A stretch of DNA of 64,000 bases, taken from assembly GCA_964016885.1 (NCBI GenBank), contig OZ024742.1, forward strand, positions 7,626,001 through 7,690,000. The letters run 5' to 3'. Within the stretch, counting starts at the first letter, position 1; each line of letters starts with the position of its first letter. Both the position numbers and the translations under genes were made by a program. The stretch is from Eledone cirrhosa (lineage: Eukaryota). Positions 13,100-29,900 of the stretch are shown piece after piece. Below the pieces are notes generated by a model. It did no database searches, had not been told where the DNA came from, and saw only the letters and a program-made list of their open reading frames with translations.

Positions 13100-13808
13100 T
13101 GTTTTCAAATCTGACGAAGTACTCTACTAGATTTATAATGCCCCAAGAAAGGCTGTTGTTGTTCATACTGCTGGTGATGTTGGTTGGGGAAGTTGTATTG
13201 GTGGTGATGATGGTGGTGCTGGTAATTGTGGTGTTGGTGGTGATAGGTGACATGTTGCTGTTGGTTGGTGGTGGTGGTTGTGGTGTTACTGATGATGTTG
13301 GTGCTGCTTGTGAGGTTAGTTGTTGAAGTGATGTTGGTCTTCGTGGTGATGGTAGTTGTTTTGGGGTGTGAGGCATAAATGATTTTTAAGGTTACCTGTA
13401 AACACTTATAATAATCAACAACATTAATAAAATAGAACTTTGAAAGTTCGCCATGGCACTATTATGTAGTCCCCACCTCCCGCCTCCCTGAATTTCTTTC
13501 TGAAATTATGGCAGCAACATTCTTTCTATAGTTTTGTATATTGTGTATTCTTACCATTTTCCTTAACATTCTCTCTCTTCTAATTCCAATATTCTACCCC
13601 AAAATAAAAGATGTAGAAGGAAGAATCTAATTATTATTCTGAGGATTACCATTAATTTTACTGCAGCTCAGCTTCCTGGAATTGTTGTCTTAGTGCCATT
13701 TCTTCTCTAAAACGGTGGCGGTTTCAATCCTAAGCTTCTCTTTTTCAAGATTGAGTTGGAGTGTGGACTTTTGTTTTCTTTTGTTGGACACTTTACATAT
13801 TCTACATC

Positions 13809-13839
<31 letters not shown>

Positions 13840-14084
13840 GCATCATCATTATCATCATCATCATCATCGCCTTCATTAAGAGGCAAACCGTGTCACTGTC
13901 CTCCCCCCATGTTAGGTATCTGCTCGTCAAATCTGATTGATGGAATTAAGATGACTACAAAAGCTACTTAATGATACATGTACAAGTATATATATATATA
14001 TATTCATATTACCCACTATACTACCCTAAGCATCGAGTAGTCTGATGCGCTATGGTCCACCTGGTTCCTTACCACACTTCCTTC

Positions 14085-14126
<42 letters not shown>

Positions 14127-14918
14127 GTCGAAAAGATAACACATGAGGGAGAGAGAGTGTGTGTTTATCAATATACAGGGATTTCTTTTCCTATGAGCAC
14201 ATAATTTACAGGGGCTAACGCGAGTCTATGACTCCGTTAATTTATTTTTATATATATATACAAATATACACATTATTCTATGATCATTAGTTCTAATGTG
14301 TTCTTTGAAATAATTTTCTGTTATCCCGCAGAGTGTCCAAAAATCTAATTTCTCACCATGTTGTCACAGTGGGTCTGGTAGCGTAGTCTCCGACGACCCA
14401 ACCATGCAACAGGTTCTACTGTGATACGTATTACCAACATTTTTTTGGTCAATTTTTAAGCAACAATACCTACTGTTATGTCCATTCAAGATAACCACGA
14501 TGGTCACGTCTCAAATAATTGTCATCATAGATAAGCTCAGCTAGGACTGACCTGTGTCTTAGTAACAATTGTAAAATATTCACATATTGAATATATTTCT
14601 TGTAGTAAACTGGAGAGAACATGTGTGTGACATGAATATGTTCTACAAACATTTGCTAAACATATAACTTGAAAGTTTTTTCCTCTACGAAGTGTCAATA
14701 GTGTAGACCTCACACACACACTTCCCTATTATTCCATTGTTGTCTCAAATTCTTATTGTTCTAACAAACTTTTGTTTTGTCTTTCCGAACTCTAAATATA
14801 TTTTCATATCAACTATTCCGTGTTAACTCTCTCCTCGGTGATTTATAATGAAATAGAACAAACATATTTCCATTGTCAACGTTTTTCATATAAACCTAAA
14901 TAAAAACTGCATAGTAAG

Positions 14919-17900
14919 CATGTGCAACATATAGCACTTGGTTGTAAACCTCATACATGTGCAACATATAGCACTTGGTTGTAAACCTCATACATGTGCA
15001 ATATATAGCACTTGGTTGTAAACCTCATACATGTGCAATATATAGCACTTGGTTGTAAACCTCATACATGTACAACATATAGCACTTGGTTGTAAACCTC
15101 ATACATGTGCAACATATAGCACTTGGTTGTAAACCTCATACATGTGCAATATATAGCTCTTGGATGTAAACCTCATACATGTGCAACATATAGCACTTGG
15201 TTGTAAACCTCATACATGTGCAACATATAGCACTTGGTTGTAAACCTCATACATGTGCAACATATAGCTCTTGGTTGTAAACCTCATACATGTGCAACAT
15301 ATAGCACTTGGTTGTAAACCTCATACATGTGCAACATATAGCACTTGGTTGTAAACCTCATACATGTGCAACATATAGCACTTGGTTGTAAACCTCATAC
15401 ATGTGCAATATATAGCACTTGGTTGTAAACCTCATACATGTGCAATATATAGCACTTGGTTGTAAACCTCATACATGTGCAATATATAGCACTTGGTTGT
15501 AAACCTCATACATGTGCAACATATAGCACTTGGTTGTAAACCTCATACATGTGCAACATATAGCACTTGGTTGTAAACCTCATACATGTGCAATATATAG
15601 CTCTTGGTTGTAAACCTCATACATGTGCAATATATAGCTCTTGGTTGTAAACCTCATACATGTGCAATATATAGCTCTTGGTTGTAAACCTCATACATGT
15701 GCAACATATAGCACTTGGTTGTAAACCTCATACATGTGCAACATATAGCACTTGGTTGTAAACCTCATACATGTGCAACATATAGCTCTTGGTTGTAAAC
15801 CTCATACATGTGCAACATATAGCACTTGGTTGTAAACCTCATACATGTGCAACATATAGCACTTGGTTGTAAACCTCATATGTGTGCAATATATAGCTCT
15901 TGGTTGTAAACCTCATACATGTGCCACATATAGCACTTGGTTGTGAACCTCATACATGTGCAACATATAACACTTGGTTGTAAACCTCATACATGTGCAA
16001 TATATAGCACTTGGTTGTAAACCTCATTCATGTGCAACAGATAGCACTTGGTTGTAAACCTCATACATGTGCAATATATAGCACTTGGTTGTAAACCTCA
16101 TACATGTGCAACATATAGCACTTGGTTGTAAACCTCATACATGTGCAACATATAGTACTTGGTTGTAAACCTCATACATGTGCAACATATAGCACTTGGT
16201 TGTAAACCTCATACATGTGCAACATATAGCACTTGGTTGTAAACCTCATACATGTGCAAAATATAGCACTTGGTTGTAAACCTCATACATGTGCAATATA
16301 TAGCACTTGGTTGTAAACCTCATACATGTGCAATATATAGCACTTGGTTGTAAACCTCATACATGTGCAATATATAGCACTTGGTTGTAAACCTCATACA
16401 TGTGCAACATATAGCACTTGGTTGTAAACCTCATACATGTGCAACATATAGCACTTGGTTGTAAACCTCATACATGTGCAATATATAGCACTTGGTTATA
16501 AACCTCATACATGTGCAACATATAGCACTTGGTTGTAAACCTCATACATGTGCAACATATAGCTCTTGGTTGTAAATCTCATACATGTGCAACATATAGC
16601 ACTTGGTTGTAAACCTCATACATGTGCAACATATAGTTCTTGGTTGTAAACCTCATACATGTGCAACATATAGCACTTGGTTGTAAACCTCATACATGTG
16701 CAACATATAGCTCATGTTTGTAAACCTCATACATGTGCAACATATAGCTCTTGGTTGTAAACCTCATACATGGGCAATATATAGCTCTTGGTTGTAAACC
16801 TCATACATGTGCAACATATAGCTCTTGGTTGTAAACCTCATACATGTGCAATATATAGCTCTTGGTTGTAAACCTCATACATGTGCAACATATAGCTCTT
16901 GGTTGTAAACCTCATACATGTGCAATATATAGCACTTGGTTGTAAACCTCATACATGTGCAATATATAGCACTTGGTTATAAACCTCATACATGTGCAAC
17001 ATATAGCACTTGGTTGTAAGCCTCATACATGTGCAACATATAGCACTTGGTTGTAAACCTCATACATGTGCAACATATAGCACTTGGTTGTAAACCTCAT
17101 ACATTTGCAATATATAGCTCTTGGTTGTAAACCTCATACATGTGCAATATATAGCTCTTGGTTGTAAACCTCATACATGTGCAACATATATCACTTGGTT
17201 GTAAACATCATACATGTGCAACATATATATCTTGGTTGTAAACCTCATACATGTGCAACATATAGCACTTGGTTGTAAACCTCATACATGTGCAACATAT
17301 AGCTCTTGGTTGTAAACCTCATACATGTGCAACATATAGCACTTGGTTGTAAACCTCATACATGTGCAACATATAGCACTTGGTTGTAAACCTCATACAT
17401 GTGCAACATATAGCTCTTGGTTGTAAACCTCATACATGTGCAACATATAGCACTAGGTTGTAAACCTCATACATGTGCAACATATAGCACTTGGTTGTAA
17501 ACCTCATACATGTGAAACATATAGCACTTGGTTGTAAACCTCATACATGTGCAACATATAGCTCTTGGTTGTAAATCTCATACATGTGCAACATATAGCA
17601 CTTGGTTGTAAACCTCATACATGTGCAACATATAGCACTTGGTTGTAAACCTCATACATGTGCAACAAATAGCACTTGGTTGTAAACCTCATACATGTGC
17701 AATATATAGCTCTTGGTTGTAAATCTCATACATGTGCAACATATAGCTCTTGGTTGTAAACATTCATACATGGGCAATATATAGCTCTTTGTTGTAAAGC
17801 TCATACATGTGCAACATATAGCTCTTGATTGTAAACCTCATACATGTGCAACATATAGCTCTTGGTTGTAAACCTCATACATGTGCAATATATAGCTCTT

Positions 17901-20900
17901 GGTTGTAAACCTCATACATGTGCAACATATAGCTCTTGGTTGTAAACCTCATACATGTGCAATATATAGCACTTGGTTGTAAACCTCATACATGTGCAAT
18001 ATATAGCACTTGGTTGTAAACCTCATACATGTGCAACATATAGCACTTGGTTGTAAACCTCATACATGTGCAACATATAGCACTTGGTTGTAAACCTCAT
18101 ACATGTGCAATATATAGCTCTTGGTTGTAAACCTCATACATGTGCAATATATAGCTCTTGGTTGTAAACCTCATACATGTGCAACATATATCACTTGGTT
18201 GTAAACATCATACATGTGCAACATATAGCTCTTGGTTGTAAACCTCATACATGTGCAACATATAGCACTTGGTTGTAAACCTCATACATGTGCAACATAT
18301 AGCTCTTGGTTGTAAACCTCATACATGTGCAACATATAGCACTTGGTTGTAAACCTCATACATGTGCAACATATAGCACTTGGTTGTAAACCTCATACAT
18401 GTGCAACATATAGCTCTTGGTTGTAAACCTCATACATGTGCAACATATAGCACTAGGTTATAAACCTCATACATGTGCAACATATAGCACTTGGTTGTAA
18501 ACCTCTTACATGTGAAACATATAGCACTTGGTTGTAAACCTCATACATGTGCAACATATAGCTCTTGGTTGTAAATCTCATACATGTGCAACATATAACA
18601 CTTGGTTGTAAACCTCATACATGTGCAACATATAGCACTTGGTTGTAAACCTCATACATGTGCAACAAATAGCACTTGGTTGTAAACCTCATACATGTGC
18701 AATATATAGCTCTTGTTTGTAAACCTCATACATGTGCCACATATATCACTTGGTTGTAAACCTCATACATGTGAAACATATAGCACTTGGTTGTAAACCT
18801 CATACATGTGCAACATATAGCTCTTGGTTGTAAACCTCATACATGTGCAACATATAGCACTTGGTTGTAAACCTCATACATGTGCAACATATAGCATTTG
18901 GTTGTAAACCTCATACATGTGCAACATATAGCTCTTGGTTGTAAACCTCATACATGTGCGACATATAGCACTTGGTTGTAAACCTCATACATGTGCAACA
19001 TATAGCACTTGGTTGTAAACCTCATACATGTGCAATATATAGCACTTGGTTGTAAACCTCATACATGTGCAATATATAGCACTTGGTTGTAAACGTCATA
19101 CATGTGCAATATATAGCTCTTGGTTGTAAACCTCATACATGTGCAATATATAGCACTTGGTTGTTAACGTCATACATGTGCAATATATAGCTCTTGGTTG
19201 TAAACCTCATACACCTGCAACATATAGCACTTGTTTGTAAACCTCATACATGTGCAATATATAGCACTTGGTTGTAAACCTCATACATGTGCAACATATA
19301 GCACTTGGTTGTAAACCTCATACATGTGCAACATATAGCACTTGGTTGTAAACCTCATACATGTGCAACATATAGCACTTGGTTGTAAACCTCATACATG
19401 TGCAACATATAGCACTTGGTTGTAAACCTCATACATGTGCAATATATAGCACTTGGTGGTAAACCTCATACATATGCAATATATAGCACTTGGTTGTAAA
19501 CCTCATACATGTGCCATATATAGCACTTGGTTGTAAACCTCATACATGTGCAATATATAGCACTTGGTTGTAAACCTCATACATGTGCAATATATAGCAC
19601 TTGGTTGTAAACCTCATACATGTGCAACATATAGCACTTGGTTGTAAACCTCATACATGTGCAACATATAGCTCTTGGTTGTAAACCTCATACATGTGTA
19701 ACATATAGCTCTTGGTTGTAAACCTCATACATGTGCAATATATAGCACTTGGTTGTAAACCTCATACATGTGCAACATATAGCACTTGGTTGTAAACCTC
19801 ATACATGTGCAACATATAGCTCTTGGTTGTAAACCTCATACATGTGCGACATATAGCACTTGGTTGTAAACCTCATACATGTGCAATATATAGCACTTGG
19901 TTGTAAAGTTCATACATGTGAAATATATAGCACTTGGTTGTAAACCTCATACATGTGCAACATATAGCACTTGGTTGTAAACCTCATACATGTGCAACAT
20001 ATAGCACTTGGTTGTAAACCTCATACATGTGCAATATATAGCACTTGGTTGTAAACCTCATACATGTGCAATATATAGCACTTGGTTGTAAACGTCATAC
20101 ATGTGCAACATATAGCACTTGGTTGTAAACCTCATACATGTGCAACATATAGCACTTGGTTGTAAACCTCATACATGTGCAACATATAGCTCTTGGTTGA
20201 AAACCTCATACATGTGCGACATATAGCACTTGGTTGTAAACCTCATACATGTGCAATATATAGCACTTGGTTGTAAAGTTCATACATGTGAAATATATAG
20301 CACTTGGTTGTAAACCTCATACATGTGCAACATATAGGACTTGGTTGTAAACCTCATACATGTGCAACATATAGCACTTGGTTGTAAACCTCATACATGT
20401 GCAATATATAGCACTTGGTTGTAAATCTGATACATGTGCAATATATAGCACTTGGTTGTAAACGTCATACATGTGCAACATATAGCACTTGGTTGTAAAC
20501 CTCATACATGTGCAACATATAGCTCTTGGTTGTAAACCTCATACATGTGCAATATATATCACTTGGTTGTAAACCTCATACATGTGCAATATATAGCACT
20601 TGGTTATAAACCTCATACATGTGCAACATATAGCACTTGGTTGTAAACCTCATACATGTGCAACATATAGCTCTTGGTTGTAAACCTCATACATGTGCAA
20701 CATATAGCTCTTGGTTGTAAACCTTATACATGTGCAATATATAGCACTTGGTTGTAAACCTCATACATGTGCAATATATAGCTCTTGGTTGTAAACCTCA
20801 TACATGTGCAACATATAGCTCTTGGTTGTAAACCTCATACATGTGCAATATATAGCACTTGGTTGTAAACATCATACATGTGCAACATATAGCTCTTGGT

Positions 20901-23900
20901 TGTAAACCTCATACATGTGCAACATATAGCACTTGGTTGTAAACCTCATACATGTGCAACATATAGCTCTTGGTTGTAAACCTCATACATGTGCAACATA
21001 TAGCACTTGGTTGTAAACCTCATACATGTGCAACATATAGCACTTGGTTGTAAATCTCATACATGTGCAACATATAGCTCTTGGTTGTAAACCTCATACA
21101 TGTGCAACATATAGCACTAGGTTGTAAACCTCATACATGTGCAACATATAGCACTTGGTTGTAAACCTCATATATGTGCAACATATAGCACTTGGTTGTA
21201 AACCTCATACATGTGCAACATATAGCTCTTGGTTGTAAATCTCATACATGTGCAACATATAGCACTTGGTTGTAAACCTCATACATGTGCAACATATAGC
21301 ACTTGGTTGTAAACCTCATACATGTGCAATATATAGCTCTTGGTTGTAAACCTCATACATGTGCAATATATAGCTCTTGGTTGTAAACCTCATACATGTG
21401 CAACATATATCACTTGGTTGTAAACATCATACATGTGCAACATATAGCTCTTGGTTGTAAACCTCATACATGTGCAACATATAGCACTTGGTTGTAAACC
21501 TCATACATGTGCAATATATAGCACTTGGTTGTAAACCTCATACATGTGCAATATATAGCACTTGGTTGTAAACGTCATACATGTGCAACATATAGCACTG
21601 GGTTGTAAACCTCATACATGTGCAACATATAGCACTTGGTTGTAAACCTCATACATGTGCAACATATAGCTCTTGGTTGTAAACCTCATACATGTGCTAC
21701 ATATAGCACTTGGTTGTAAACCTCATACATGTGCAACATATAGCACTTGGTTGTCAACCTCATACATGTGCAATATATAGCACTTGGTTGTAAACCTCAT
21801 ACATGTGCAATATATAGCACTTGGTTGTAAACGTCATACATGTGCAATATATAGCTCTTGGTTGTAAACCTCATACATGTGCAATATATAGCACTTGGTT
21901 GTTAACGTCATACATGTGCAATATATAGCTCTTGGTTGTAAACCTCATACATGTGCAACATATAGCACTTGGTTGTAAACCTCATACATGTGCAATATAT
22001 AGCACTTGGTTGTAAACCTCATACATGTGCAACATATAGCACTTGGTTGTAAACCTCATACATTTGCAACATATGGCACTTGGTTGTAAACCTCATACAT
22101 GTGCAATATATAGCACTTGGTTGTAAACCTCATACATGTGCAACATATAGCACTTGGTTGTAAACCTCATACATGTGCAATATATAGCACTTGGTTGTGA
22201 ACCTCATATATGTGCAACATATAGCACTTGGTTGTAAACCTCATACATGTGCAACATATAGCACTTGGTTGTAAACCTCATACATGTGCAACATATAGCA
22301 CTTGGTTGTAAACCTCATACATGTGCAACATATAGCACTTGGTTGTAAACCTCATACATGTGCAATATATAGCACTTGGTGGTAAACCTCATACATATGC
22401 AATATATAGCACTTGGTTGTAAACCTCATACATGTGCCATATATAGCACTTGGTTGTAAACCTCATACATGTGCAATATATAGCACTTGGTTGTAAACCT
22501 CATACATGTGCAATATATAGCACTTGGTTGTAAACCTCATACATGTGCAACATATAGCACTTGGTTGTAAACCTCATACATGTGCAACATATAGCTCTTG
22601 GTTGTAAACCTCATACATGTGCAACATATAGCTCTTGGTTGTAAACCTCATACATGTGCAATATATAGCACTTGGTTGTAAACCTCATACATGTGCAACA
22701 TATAGCACTTGGTTGTAAACCTCATACATGTGCAACATATAGCTCTTGGTTGTAAACCTCATACATGTGCGACATATAGCACTTGGTTGTAAACCTCATA
22801 CATGTGCAATATATAGCACTTGGTTGTAAAGTTCATACATGTGAAATATATAGCACTTGGTTGTAAACCTCATACATGTGCAACATATAGCACTTGGTTG
22901 TAAACCTCATACATGTGCAACATATAGCACTTGGTTGTAAACCTCATACATGTGCAACATATAGCTCTTGGTTGTAAACCTCATACATGTGCGACATATA
23001 GCACTTGGTTGTAAACCTCATACATGTGCAATATATAGCACTTGGTTGTAAAGTTCATACATGTGAAATATATAGCACTTGGTTGTAAACGTCATACATG
23101 TGCAACATATAGCACTTGGTTGTAAACCTCATACATCTGCAACATATAGCACTTGGTTGTAAACCTCATACATGTGCAACATATAGCTCTTGGTTGAAAA
23201 CCTCATACATGTGCGACATATAGCACTTGGTTGTAAACCTCATACATGTGCAATATATAGCACTTGGTTGTAAAGTTCATACATGTGAAATATATAGCAC
23301 TTGGTTGTAAACCTCATACATGTGCAACATATAGCACTTGGTTGTAAACCTCATACATGTGCAACATATAGCACTTGGTTGTAAACCTCATACATGTGCA
23401 ATATATAGCACTTGGTTGTAAATCTGATACATGTGCAATATATAGCACTTGGTTGTAAACGTCATACATGTGCAACATATAGCACTAGGTTGTAAACCTC
23501 ATACATGTGCAACATATAGCTCTTGGTTGTAAACCTCATACATGTGCAATATATATCACTTGGTTGTAAACCTCATACATGTGCAATATATAGCACTTGG
23601 TTATAAACCTCATACATGTGCAACATATAGCACTTGGTTGTAAACCTCATACACGTGCAACATATAGCTCTTGGTTGTAAACCTCATACATGTGCAACAT
23701 ATAGCTCTTGGTTGTAAACCTTATACATGTGCAATATATAGCACTTGGTTGTAAACCTCATACATGTGCAATATATAGCTCTTGGTTGTAAACCTCATAC
23801 ATGTGCAACATATAGCTCTTGGTTGTAAACCTCATACATGAGCAATATATAGCACCTGGTTGTAAACCTCATACATGTGCCATATATAGCTCTTGGTTGT

Positions 23901-26900
23901 AAACCTCATACATGTGCAATATATAGCACTTGGTTGTAAACCTCATACATGTGCAATATATAGCACTTGGTTGTAAACTTCATACATGTGCAACATATAG
24001 CTCTTGGTTGTAAACCTCATACATGTGCAATATATAGCACTTGGTTGTAAACATCATACATGTGCAACATATAGCTCTTGGTTGTAAACCTCATACATGT
24101 GCAACATATAGCACTTGGTTGTAAACCTCATACATGTGCAACATATAGCTCTTGGTTGTAAACCTCATACATGTGCAACATATAGCACTTGGTTGTAAAC
24201 CTCATACATGTGCAACATATAGCACTTGGTTGTAAACCTCATACATGTGCAACATATAGCTCTTGGTTGTAAACCTCATACATGTGCAACATATAGCACT
24301 AGGTTGTAAACCTCATACATGTGCAACATATAGCACTTGGTTGTAAACCTCATATATGTGCAACATATAGCACTTGGTTGTAAACCTCATACATGTGCAA
24401 CATATAGCTCTTGGTTGTAAATCTCATACATGTGCAACATATAGCACTTGGTTGTAAACCTCATACATGTGCAACATATAGCACTTGGTTGTAAACCTCA
24501 TACATGTGCAATATATAGCTCTTGGTTGTAAACCTCATACATGTGCAATATATAGCTCTTGGTTGTAAACCTCATACATGTGCAACATATATCACTTGGT
24601 TGTAAACATCATACATGTGCAACATATAGCTCTTGGTTGTAAACCTCATACATGTGCAACATATAGCACTTGGTTGTAAACCTCATACATGTGCAATATA
24701 TAGCACTTGGTTGTAAACCTCATACATGTGCAATATATAGCACTTGGTTGTAAACGTCATACATGTGCAACATATAGCACTGGGTTGTAAACCTCATACA
24801 TGTGCAACATATAGCACTTGGTTGTAAACCTCATACATGTGCAACATATAGCTCTTGGTTGTAAACCTCATACATGTGCTACATATAGCACTTGGTTGTA
24901 AACCTCATACATGTGCAACATATAGCACTTGGTTGTCAACCTCATACATGTGCAATATATAGCACTTGGTTGTAAACCTCATACATGTGCAATATATAGC
25001 ACTTGGTTGTAAACGTCATACATGTGCAATATATAGCTCTTGGTTGTAAACCTCATACATGTGCAATATATAGCACTTGGTTGTTAACGTCATACATGTG
25101 CAATATATAGCTCTTGGTTGTAAACCTCATACATGTGCAACATATAGCACTTGGTTGTAAACCTCATACATGTGCAATATATAGCACTTGGTTGTAAACC
25201 TCATACATGTGCAACATATAGCACTTGGTTGTAAACCTCATACATTTGCAACATATGGCACTTGGTTGTAAACCTCATACATGTGCAATATAGAGCACTT
25301 GGTTGTAAACCTCATACATGTGCAACATATAGCACTTGGTTGTAAACCTCATACATGTGCAATATATAGCACTTGGTTGTGAACCTCATATATGTGCAAC
25401 ATATAGCACTTGGTTGTAAACCTCATACATGTGCAACATATAGCACTTGGTTGTAAACCTCATACATGTGCAACATATAGCACTTGGTTGTAAACCTCAT
25501 ACATGTGCAACATATAGCACTTGGTTGTAAACCTCATACATGTGCAATATATAGCACTTGGTGGTAAACCTCATACATATGCAATATATAGCACTTGGTT
25601 GTAAACCTCATACATGTGCCATATATAGCACTTGGTTGTAAACCTCATACATGTGCAATATATAGCACTTGATTGTAAACCTCATACATGTGCAATATAT
25701 AGCACTTGGTTGTAAACCTCATACATGTGCAACATATAGCACTTGGTTGTAAACCTCATACATGTGCAACATATAGCTCTTGGTTGTAAACCTCATACAT
25801 GTGCAACATATAGCTCTTGGTTGTAAACCTCATACATGTGCAATATATAGCACTTGGTTGTAAACCTCATACATGTGCAACATATAGCACTTGGTTGTAA
25901 ACCTCATACATGTGCAACATATAGCTCTTGGTTGTAAACCTCATACATGTGCGACATATAGCACTTGGTTGTAAACCTCATACATGTGCAATATATAGCA
26001 CTTGGTTGTAAAGTTCATACATGTGAAATATATAGCACTTGGTTGTAAACCTCATACATGTGCAACATATAGCACTTGGTTGTAAACCTCATACATGTGC
26101 AACATATAGCACTTGGTTGTAAACCTCATACATGTGCAACATATAGCTCTTGGTTGTAAACCTCATACATGTGCGACATATAGCACTTGGTTGTAAACCT
26201 CATACATGTGCAATATATAGCACTTGGTTGTAAAGTTCATACATGTGAAATATATAGCACTTGGTTGTAAACGTCATACATGTGCAACATATAGCACTTG
26301 GTTGTAAACCTCATACATGTGCAACATATAGCACTTGGTTGTAAACCTCATACATGTGCAACATATAGTTCTTGGTTGAAAACCTCATACATGTGCGACA
26401 TATAGCACTTGGTTGTAAACCTCATACATGTGCAATATATAGCACTTGGTTGTAAAGTTCATACATGTGAAATATATAGCACTTGGTTGTAAACCTCATA
26501 CATGTGCAACATATAGCACTTGGTTGTAAACCTCATACATGTGCAACATATAGCACTTGGTTGTAAACCTCATACATGTGCAATATATAGCACTTGGTTG
26601 TAAATCTGATACATGTGCAATATATAGCACTTGGTTGTAAACGTCATACATGTGCAACATATAGCACTTGGTTGTAAACCTCATACATGTGCAACATATA
26701 GCTCTTGGTTGTAAACCTCATACATGTGCAATATATATCACTTGGTTGTAAACCTCATACATGTGCAATATATAGCACTTGGTTATAAACCTCATACATG
26801 TGCAACATATAGCACTTGGTTGTAAACCTCATACATGTGCAACATATAGCTCTTGGTTGTAAACCTCATACATGTGCAACATATAGCTCTTGGTTGTAAA

Positions 26901-29900
26901 CCTTATACATGTGCAATATATAGCACTTGGTTGTAAACCTCATACATGTGCAATATATAGCTCTTGGTTGTAAACCTCATACATGTGCAACATATAGCTC
27001 TTGGTTGTAAACCTCATACATGTGCAATATATAGCACCTAGTTGTAAACCTCATACATGTGCCATATATAGCTCTTGGTTGTAAACCTCATACATGTGCA
27101 ATATATAGCACTTGGTTGTAAACCTCATACATGTGCAATATATAGCACTTGGTTGTAAACTTCATACATGTGCAACATATAGCTCTTGGTTGTAAACCTC
27201 ATACATGTGCAATATATAGCACTTGGTTGTAAACATCATACATGTGCAACATATAGCTCTTGGTTGTAAACCTCATACATGTGCAACATATAGCACTTGG
27301 TTGTAAACCTCATACATGTGCAACATATAGCTCTTGGTTGTAAACCTCATACATGTGCAACTTATAGCACTTGGTTGTAAACCTCATACATGTGCAACAT
27401 ATAGCACTTGGTTGTAAACCTCATACATGTGCAACATATAGCTCTTGGTTGTAAACCTCATACATGTGCAACATATAGCACTAGGTTGTAAACCTCATAC
27501 ATGTGCAACATATAGCACTTGGTTGTAAACCTCATATATGTGCAACATATAGCACTTGGTTGTAAACCTCATACATGTGCAACATATAGCTCTTGGTTGT
27601 AAATCTCATACATGTGCAACATATAGCACTTGGTTGTAAACCTCATACATGTGCAACATATAGCACTTGGTTGTAAACCTCATACATGTGCAATATATAG
27701 CTCTTGGTTGTAAACCTCATACAGGTGCAACATATAGCACTTGGTTGTAAACCTCATACATGTGCAACATATAGCACTTGGTTGTAAACCTCATACATGT
27801 GCAACATATAGCTCTTGGTTGTAAACCTCATACATGTGCTACATATAGCACTTGGTTGTAACCCTCATACATGTGCAACATATAGCACTTGGTTGTCAAC
27901 CTCATACATGTGCAATATATAGCACTTGGTTGTAAACCTCATACATGTGCAATATATAGCACTTGGTTGTAAACGTCATACATGTGCAATATATAGCTCT
28001 TGGTTGTAAACCTCATACATGTGCAATATATAGCACTTGGTTGTTAACGTCATACATGTGCAATATATAGCTCTTGGTTGTAAACCTCATACATGTACAA
28101 CATATAGCACTTGGTTGTAAACCTCATACATGTGCAATATATAGCACTTGGTTGTAAACCTCATACATGTGCAACATATAGCACTTGGTTGTAAACCTCA
28201 TACATTTGCAACATATGGCACTTGGTTGTAAACCTCATACATGTGCAATATATAGCACTTGGTTGTAAACCTCATACATGTGCAACATATAGCACTTGGT
28301 TGTAAACCTCATACATGTGCAATATATAGCACTTGGTTGTGAACCTCATATATGTGCAACATATAGCACTTGGTTGTAAACCTCATACATGTGCAACATA
28401 TAGCACTTGGTTGTAAACCTCATACATGTGCAACATATAGCACTTGGTTGTAAACCTCATACATGTGCAACATATAGCACTTGGTTGTAAACCTCATACA
28501 TGTGCAATATATAGCACTTGGTGGTAAACCTCATACATATGCAATATATAGCACTTGGTTGTAAACCTCATACATGTGCCATATATAGCACTTGGTTGTA
28601 AACCTCATACATGTGCAATATATAGCACTTGGTTGTAAACCTCATACATGTGCAATATATAGCACTTGGTTGTAAACCTCATACATGTGCAACATATAGC
28701 ACTTGGTTGTAAACCTCATACATGTGCAACATATAGCTCTTGGTTGTAAACCTCATACATGTGCAACATATAGCTCTTGGTTGTAAACCTCATACATGTG
28801 CAATATATAGCACTTGGTTGTAAACCTCATACATGTGCAACATATAGCACTTGGTTGTAAACCTCATACATGTGCAACATATAGCTCTTGGTTGTAAACC
28901 TCATACATGTGCGACATATAGCACTTGGTTGTAAACCTCATACATGTGCAATATATAGCACTTGGTTGTAAAGTTCATACATGTGAAATATATAGCACTT
29001 GGTTGTAAACCTCATACATGTGCAACATATAGCACTTGGTTGTAAACCTCATACATGTGCAACATATAGCACTTGGTTGTAAACCTCATACATGTGCAGT
29101 ATATAGCACTTGGTTGTAAACCTCATACATGTGCAATATATAGCACTTGGTTGTAAACGTCATACATGTGCAACATATAGCACTTGGTTGTAAACCTCAT
29201 ACATGTGCAATATATAGCACTTGGTTGTAAACCTCATACATGTGCAATATATAGCTCTTGGTTGTAAACCTCATACATGTGCAATATATAGCACTTGGTT
29301 GTAAACCTCATACATGTGCAATATATAGCTCTTGGTTGTAAACCTCATACATGTACAATGTATAGTACTTGGTTGTAAACCTCATACATGTGCAATATAT
29401 AGCACTTGGTTGTAAACCTCATACATGTGCAATATATAGCACTTGGTTGTAAACCTCATACATATGCAACATATAGCACTTGGTTGTAAACCTCATACAT
29501 GTGCAACATATAGCACTTGGTTGTAAACCTCATACATGTGCAACATATAGCACTTGGTTGTAAACCTCATACATGTGCAACATATAGCACTTGGTTGTAA
29601 GCCTCATACATGTGCAATATATAGCACTTGGTTGTAAACCTCATACATGTGCAATATATAGCACTTGGTTGTAAACCTCATACATATGCAACATATAGCA
29701 CTTGGTTGTAAACCTCATACATGTGCAACATATAGCACTTGGTTGTAAACCTCATACATGTGCAACATATAGCACTTGGTTGTAAACCTCATACATGTGC
29801 AATATATAGCACTTGGTTGTAAACCTCATACATGTGCAACATATAGCACTTGGTTGTAAATCTCATACATGTGCAACATATAGCACTTGGTTGTAAGCCT

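Noticed and set aside
13097-13395. Thr/His-rich mucin-like exon
   Set aside because: Degenerate trinucleotide tract; the ORF frame has stops just upstream and no convincing donor site.
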